This document shows positions 61,069-64,000 of a stretch of 64,000 nt of DNA, piece after piece. The notes beneath the pieces were generated by a model that saw only the letters and a list, made by a program, of their open reading frames with translations, was not told where the DNA came from and searched no databases. A program made the translations under genes and the position numbers. Origin of the DNA: an uncultured Desulfarculus sp. (GTDB lineage: Bacteria > Desulfobacterota > Desulfarculia > Desulfarculales > Desulfarculaceae); the NCBI GenBank assembly GCA_963665125.2, contig CAXXUK010000002.1, positions 480,001-544,000 of the forward strand, written 5' to 3'. Position 1 is the first letter of the stretch, and the number at the start of each line of letters is the position of its first letter.

Positions 61069-62085
61069 ATGATAATTCAACTCAAAGCCAGCGCAGGAAA
61101 ACCCGGCCTCGAAGAACTCGTGGCCCACCTGGAAAAAGACGGCGTACCCCGCGATCGCCTGGACATCTTCTCCGGCGATACCTATACCCTGGTGGGCGTT
61201 AAGGGTGACGCCAGCAAGTTGAATCTGGATAAGTATCAGGCCCTGAGCTTTGTCTATGAAGTCCACCGCATTTCCGACCCGTTCAAGGAACTCTCCAGGC
61301 AGTTCCATCCCGAAAACACCGTTATCGAGCTGATCAACGGCCACCGCGTCGGAGCGGAGCTGACCATCATGGCCGGTCCCTGCGCCGTGGAGAGCAAACA
61401 GCAGCTCTTCGAGACGGCCGAGATCATCGCCAAGGCCGGAGCGAACGTGCTGCGCGGCGGAGCGTTCAAACCCCGGACCATCCACCGCAGCTTCCAGGGC
61501 CTGGGCGAGGAAGGCCTGCAACTGCTGGCCGAGGCCAGGGATCAATACGGCCTGCCGGTGATCAGCGAGATCATGGACGCCCGTGACATCCCCCTGTTCG
61601 AAAAATACGAAATCGACATCTGGCAGGTGGGCGCGCGCAACTGCCTCAACTACACCCTGTTGGACGCCCTGAGCGAGGTGAAAAAACCCAAGCCGGTGCT
61701 TTTAAAGCGCGGCGACCACGTGGCCATGAACGAGTTCCTGGGCGCGGCCCTGCGGCTCTATGACGGCAACCCGCAGATCATCCTCTGCGAGCGCGGCGAC
61801 AAGACCGTGGACAAGATCTACCGCAACGTGCTCAACCTCAACAACGTGGCCTACCTCAAGCACAACTACCATTTGCCGGTCATCGTCGACCCCAGCCACG
61901 GAACCGGCGTGCGCGAGTTGGTGGGCGACCTGGGCCTGGCGGGCGTGGCCACCGGGGCCGACGGCTTGATGATCGAGGTGCACCACCAGCCGGACAAGGC
62001 TTTGTGCGACGGCGCCCAGAGCCTCAACGGCGAGTTCGCGGCCTTGGTGCCCCTGGTCAAGGGCATCTACGACCTGCGTAAATAA
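61069..62085 (+). CDS. aroF: 3-deoxy-7-phosphoheptulonate (DAHP) synthase, class I-beta with N-terminal regulatory domain
   Basis: AGPCAVES, RGGAFKPRT, QVGARN, LLKRG, CERG, DPSHGTG, IEVH. Confidence 0.93.
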   Translation: MIIQLKASAGKPGLEELVAHLEKDGVPRDRLDIFSGDTYTLVGVKGDASKLNLDKYQALSFVYEVHRISDPFKELSRQFHPENTVIELINGHRVGAELTIMAGPCAVESKQQLFETAEIIAKAGANVLRGGAFKPRTIHRSFQGLGEEGLQLLAEARDQYGLPVISEIMDARDIPLFEKYEIDIWQVGARNCLNYTLLDALSEVKKPKPVLLKRGDHVAMNEFLGAALRLYDGNPQIILCERGDKTVDKIYRNVLNLNNVAYLKHNYHLPVIVDPSHGTGVRELVGDLGLAGVATGADGLMIEVHHQPDKALCDGAQSLNGEFAALVPLVKGIYDLRK

Positions 62086-62100
62086 ACAAGCCTTTTCCTC

Positions 62101-62146
62101 CACCCGGCCCGCCGGGCGTCAATTCGCTGGGGCCGGGTGGGAATTT
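62101..62146 (+). terminator. Hairpin after DAHP synthase
   Basis: cacccggccc...gggccgggtg. Confidence 0.5.
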
Positions 62147-62672
62147 ATCCCGCCTTCACAAGGATAATTGTCTGTCGGCATTGCAAAAAATAACAGCTTG
62201 TTTTGACTGACCAATCATCCATGATCGCCGCCAACCGCCTGATATTTACGGCTCACCGCGTTTGACTTGCTGAAAGTCGTTTGGTTAAATAGTCTGATTC
62301 AATGAGTTATGCCGGGCTGCATCGGCGTTGGTGCCCGTGCGGATTCGGCGGGGCCGGGCGAAACACGGTCACTGTTGATACAAACGCGGCAAACACCGTT
62401 TGATCTCGGCTGCCTATGAATTGACAGCACCGGCTTGGATCAAATCCAACACCATACAAGGATCAACCGGCTGAGTTGCCGGCGTACTTGAATGGCCGAT
62501 TGTTGAAAAAGCCCGGTCCGGACTTTTTACAACCGTTGGTTGGTAAATGCGTGGTTTTGCCAGCCAGCTCGGTTTGCTTGTTTTCACAAAACCGCGCGAA
62601 CCGGCGGATCAACCTTGGACCGCCTGCCAGGCTGTCGGAAAACAGTCTGCCGGAATTATGAAGGAGTCGCTG

Positions 62673-62939
62673 ATGAAGTATTGGCGTCAGCCTCTGGACA
62701 CCCAGGACATCAAGGTGGCCAAAGGCAGGGTCACGGTCATCGATGAGCGTTGCAAGGGCTGCGAGTTCTGCATTTCCTACTGCTCCCGCGGCGCCCTGGC
62801 CATGAGCAAGAAATTCAACCGCAAAGGCTACCACTATCCCGAGGTCATAGACCCCGAGTTGTGTGTGAACTGTCATTTTTGCGAAGTTATCTGCCCCGAA
62901 TTCGCCATATTTACCAGCGAGATGGGCGAGACGGCCTAG
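62673..62939 (+). CDS. 2x[4Fe-4S] ferredoxin-like delta subunit of 2-oxoacid oxidoreductase
   Basis: CKGCEFCISYC, CVNCHFCEVICPEFAI; AAGGAG RBS; precedes the alpha subunit. Confidence 0.88.
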   Translation: MKYWRQPLDTQDIKVAKGRVTVIDERCKGCEFCISYCSRGALAMSKKFNRKGYHYPEVIDPELCVNCHFCEVICPEFAIFTSEMGETA

Positions 62940-62989
62940 GCGGATCGGCAAATGGCGGGGGCATGCCCCGCTGGATACGGAGTAAGGAC

Positions 62990-64000
62990 GTGGCGGGTAA
63001 AGCGGTACTGACCGGAACCCATTTCATGAACGGCGACGAGGCCTGCAGCGAAGGGGCCCTGGCGGCCGGCTGCCGGTTTTTCGCGGGCTATCCCATCACC
63101 CCGGCCACCGAGGTGGCCGAGTGCATGAGCAGGCGTCTGCCCCAGGTCGACGGCATTTATATACAGATGGAAGACGAAATCGCCTCCATGGCGGCGATCC
63201 TGGGCGCCAGCTGGGGCGGGGCCAAGGCCATGACCAGCACCTCGGGCCCCGGCTTTTCGCTGATGATGGAAAACATCGGCCTGGGCCTGTGCACCGAGAC
63301 GCCCTGCGTAATCTGCAACGTGCAGCGGGCGGGACCAAGCACCGGCCTGCCCACCCTGGTGGGCCAGGGCGACATGATGCAGGCCCGCTGGGGCTCCCAC
63401 GGACCGTATGAGATCATCGCCCTGGCGCCGTCATCGCCCCAGGAGATGTTCGACTTCACCATCAAGGCCTTCAACCTGGCCGAGCAGTTCCGGCTGCCGG
63501 TGTTGATCATGGCCGATGAGGTGGTGGGCCACATGAACGAGCGGGTGGTCATCCCCGAGGAGGGCCAGATCCAGACCATGGAACGGCCCAAACCCACCGA
63601 TTCGTTCGAAACGCATTTGCCCTTCAAGCCCGGCCCGGACGGCGTGGCTCCCATGGCCACCTGGGGCGACGGTTACAAGGTGCACGTCACCGGCCTGACC
63701 CACGATGAGCGGGGCTACCCGGTTATGGACCCCTCGGCCCAGATCCAGATGATCGAGCGCATCACCGCCAAGGTCAGAAACAACCTGGACCGCATCCTGG
63801 ATTACGAGACCATGTGGCTCGACGACGCCGAGATCGTAGTGGTGGCCTACGGTATCAGCGCCCGCAGCGCCCACGGCGCGGTGGCCAAGGCCCGTAACGA
63901 TGGCCTGAAGGTGGGCATGGTCAAGCTAAACGTGGTCTGGCCCTTCCCCGAGGAGTTCATCCGCGATCTGGCCACCAAGGTGAAAGCCTTGGTCATGCCC
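62990..64000 (+). CDS. 2-oxoacid:acceptor oxidoreductase alpha subunit (3'-truncated; absent from the ORF track)
   Basis: GTG start; FMNGDEACSEGALAAGCRFFAGYPITPATE, QMEDE, TSGPGFSLM, QRAGPSTG. Confidence 0.93.
   Translation, partial: MAGKAVLTGTHFMNGDEACSEGALAAGCRFFAGYPITPATEVAECMSRRLPQVDGIYIQMEDEIASMAAILGASWGGAKAMTSTSGPGFSLMMENIGLGLCTETPCVICNVQRAGPSTGLPTLVGQGDMMQARWGSHGPYEIIALAPSSPQEMFDFTIKAFNLAEQFRLPVLIMADEVVGHMNERVVIPEEGQIQTMERPKPTDSFETHLPFKPGPDGVAPMATWGDGYKVHVTGLTHDERGYPVMDPSAQIQMIERITAKVRNNLDRILDYETMWLDDAEIVVVAYGISARSAHGAVAKARNDGLKVGMVKLNVVWPFPEEFIRDLATKVKALVMP

Overview
GC-rich (visually about 60%) chromosomal window from an anaerobic Desulfobacterota-like bacterium; the lineage is inferred from gene content. 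It carries housekeeping and metabolic genes: thiolase, carB, Tex, acyl-CoA ligase, CoA-disulfide reductase, KtrAB, a group 3-like [NiFe] hydrogenase pair, CoA transferase/SDR with a sigma54 regulator, DAHP synthase and a 2-oxoacid oxidoreductase. Highlights read from the sequence: (1) the mercury-methylation pair hgcAB, where hgcA has an in-frame N-terminal extension with a Cys-TGA (Cys-Sec) dipeptide missed by the ORF track, and an intact IS5/IS1106-like element with a 5-bp target duplication sits between the apparent -10 box and hgcA, splitting a palindrome; (2) a second hidden selenoprotein candidate (DsrE-like, UxxC); (3) a leader peptide with five tandem Tyr codons plus terminator/antiterminator before DAHP synthase; (4) a probably leaderless TetR gene with a perfect 18-bp operator over its start codon, heading a frameshifted MMPL/LolA-like/barrel module; (5) an AT-rich two-gene insert that may be an anti-phage system; (6) dispersed intergenic palindromes sharing a GGACGG-type loop; (7) a Tat-signal proline dehydrogenase-like protein, an autotransporter with about 27 repeats of about 27 aa, and a hydrogenase large subunit with no C-terminal extension. 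I recognised no rRNA, tRNA or CRISPR array. All family calls are by motif recognition; no database searches were run.
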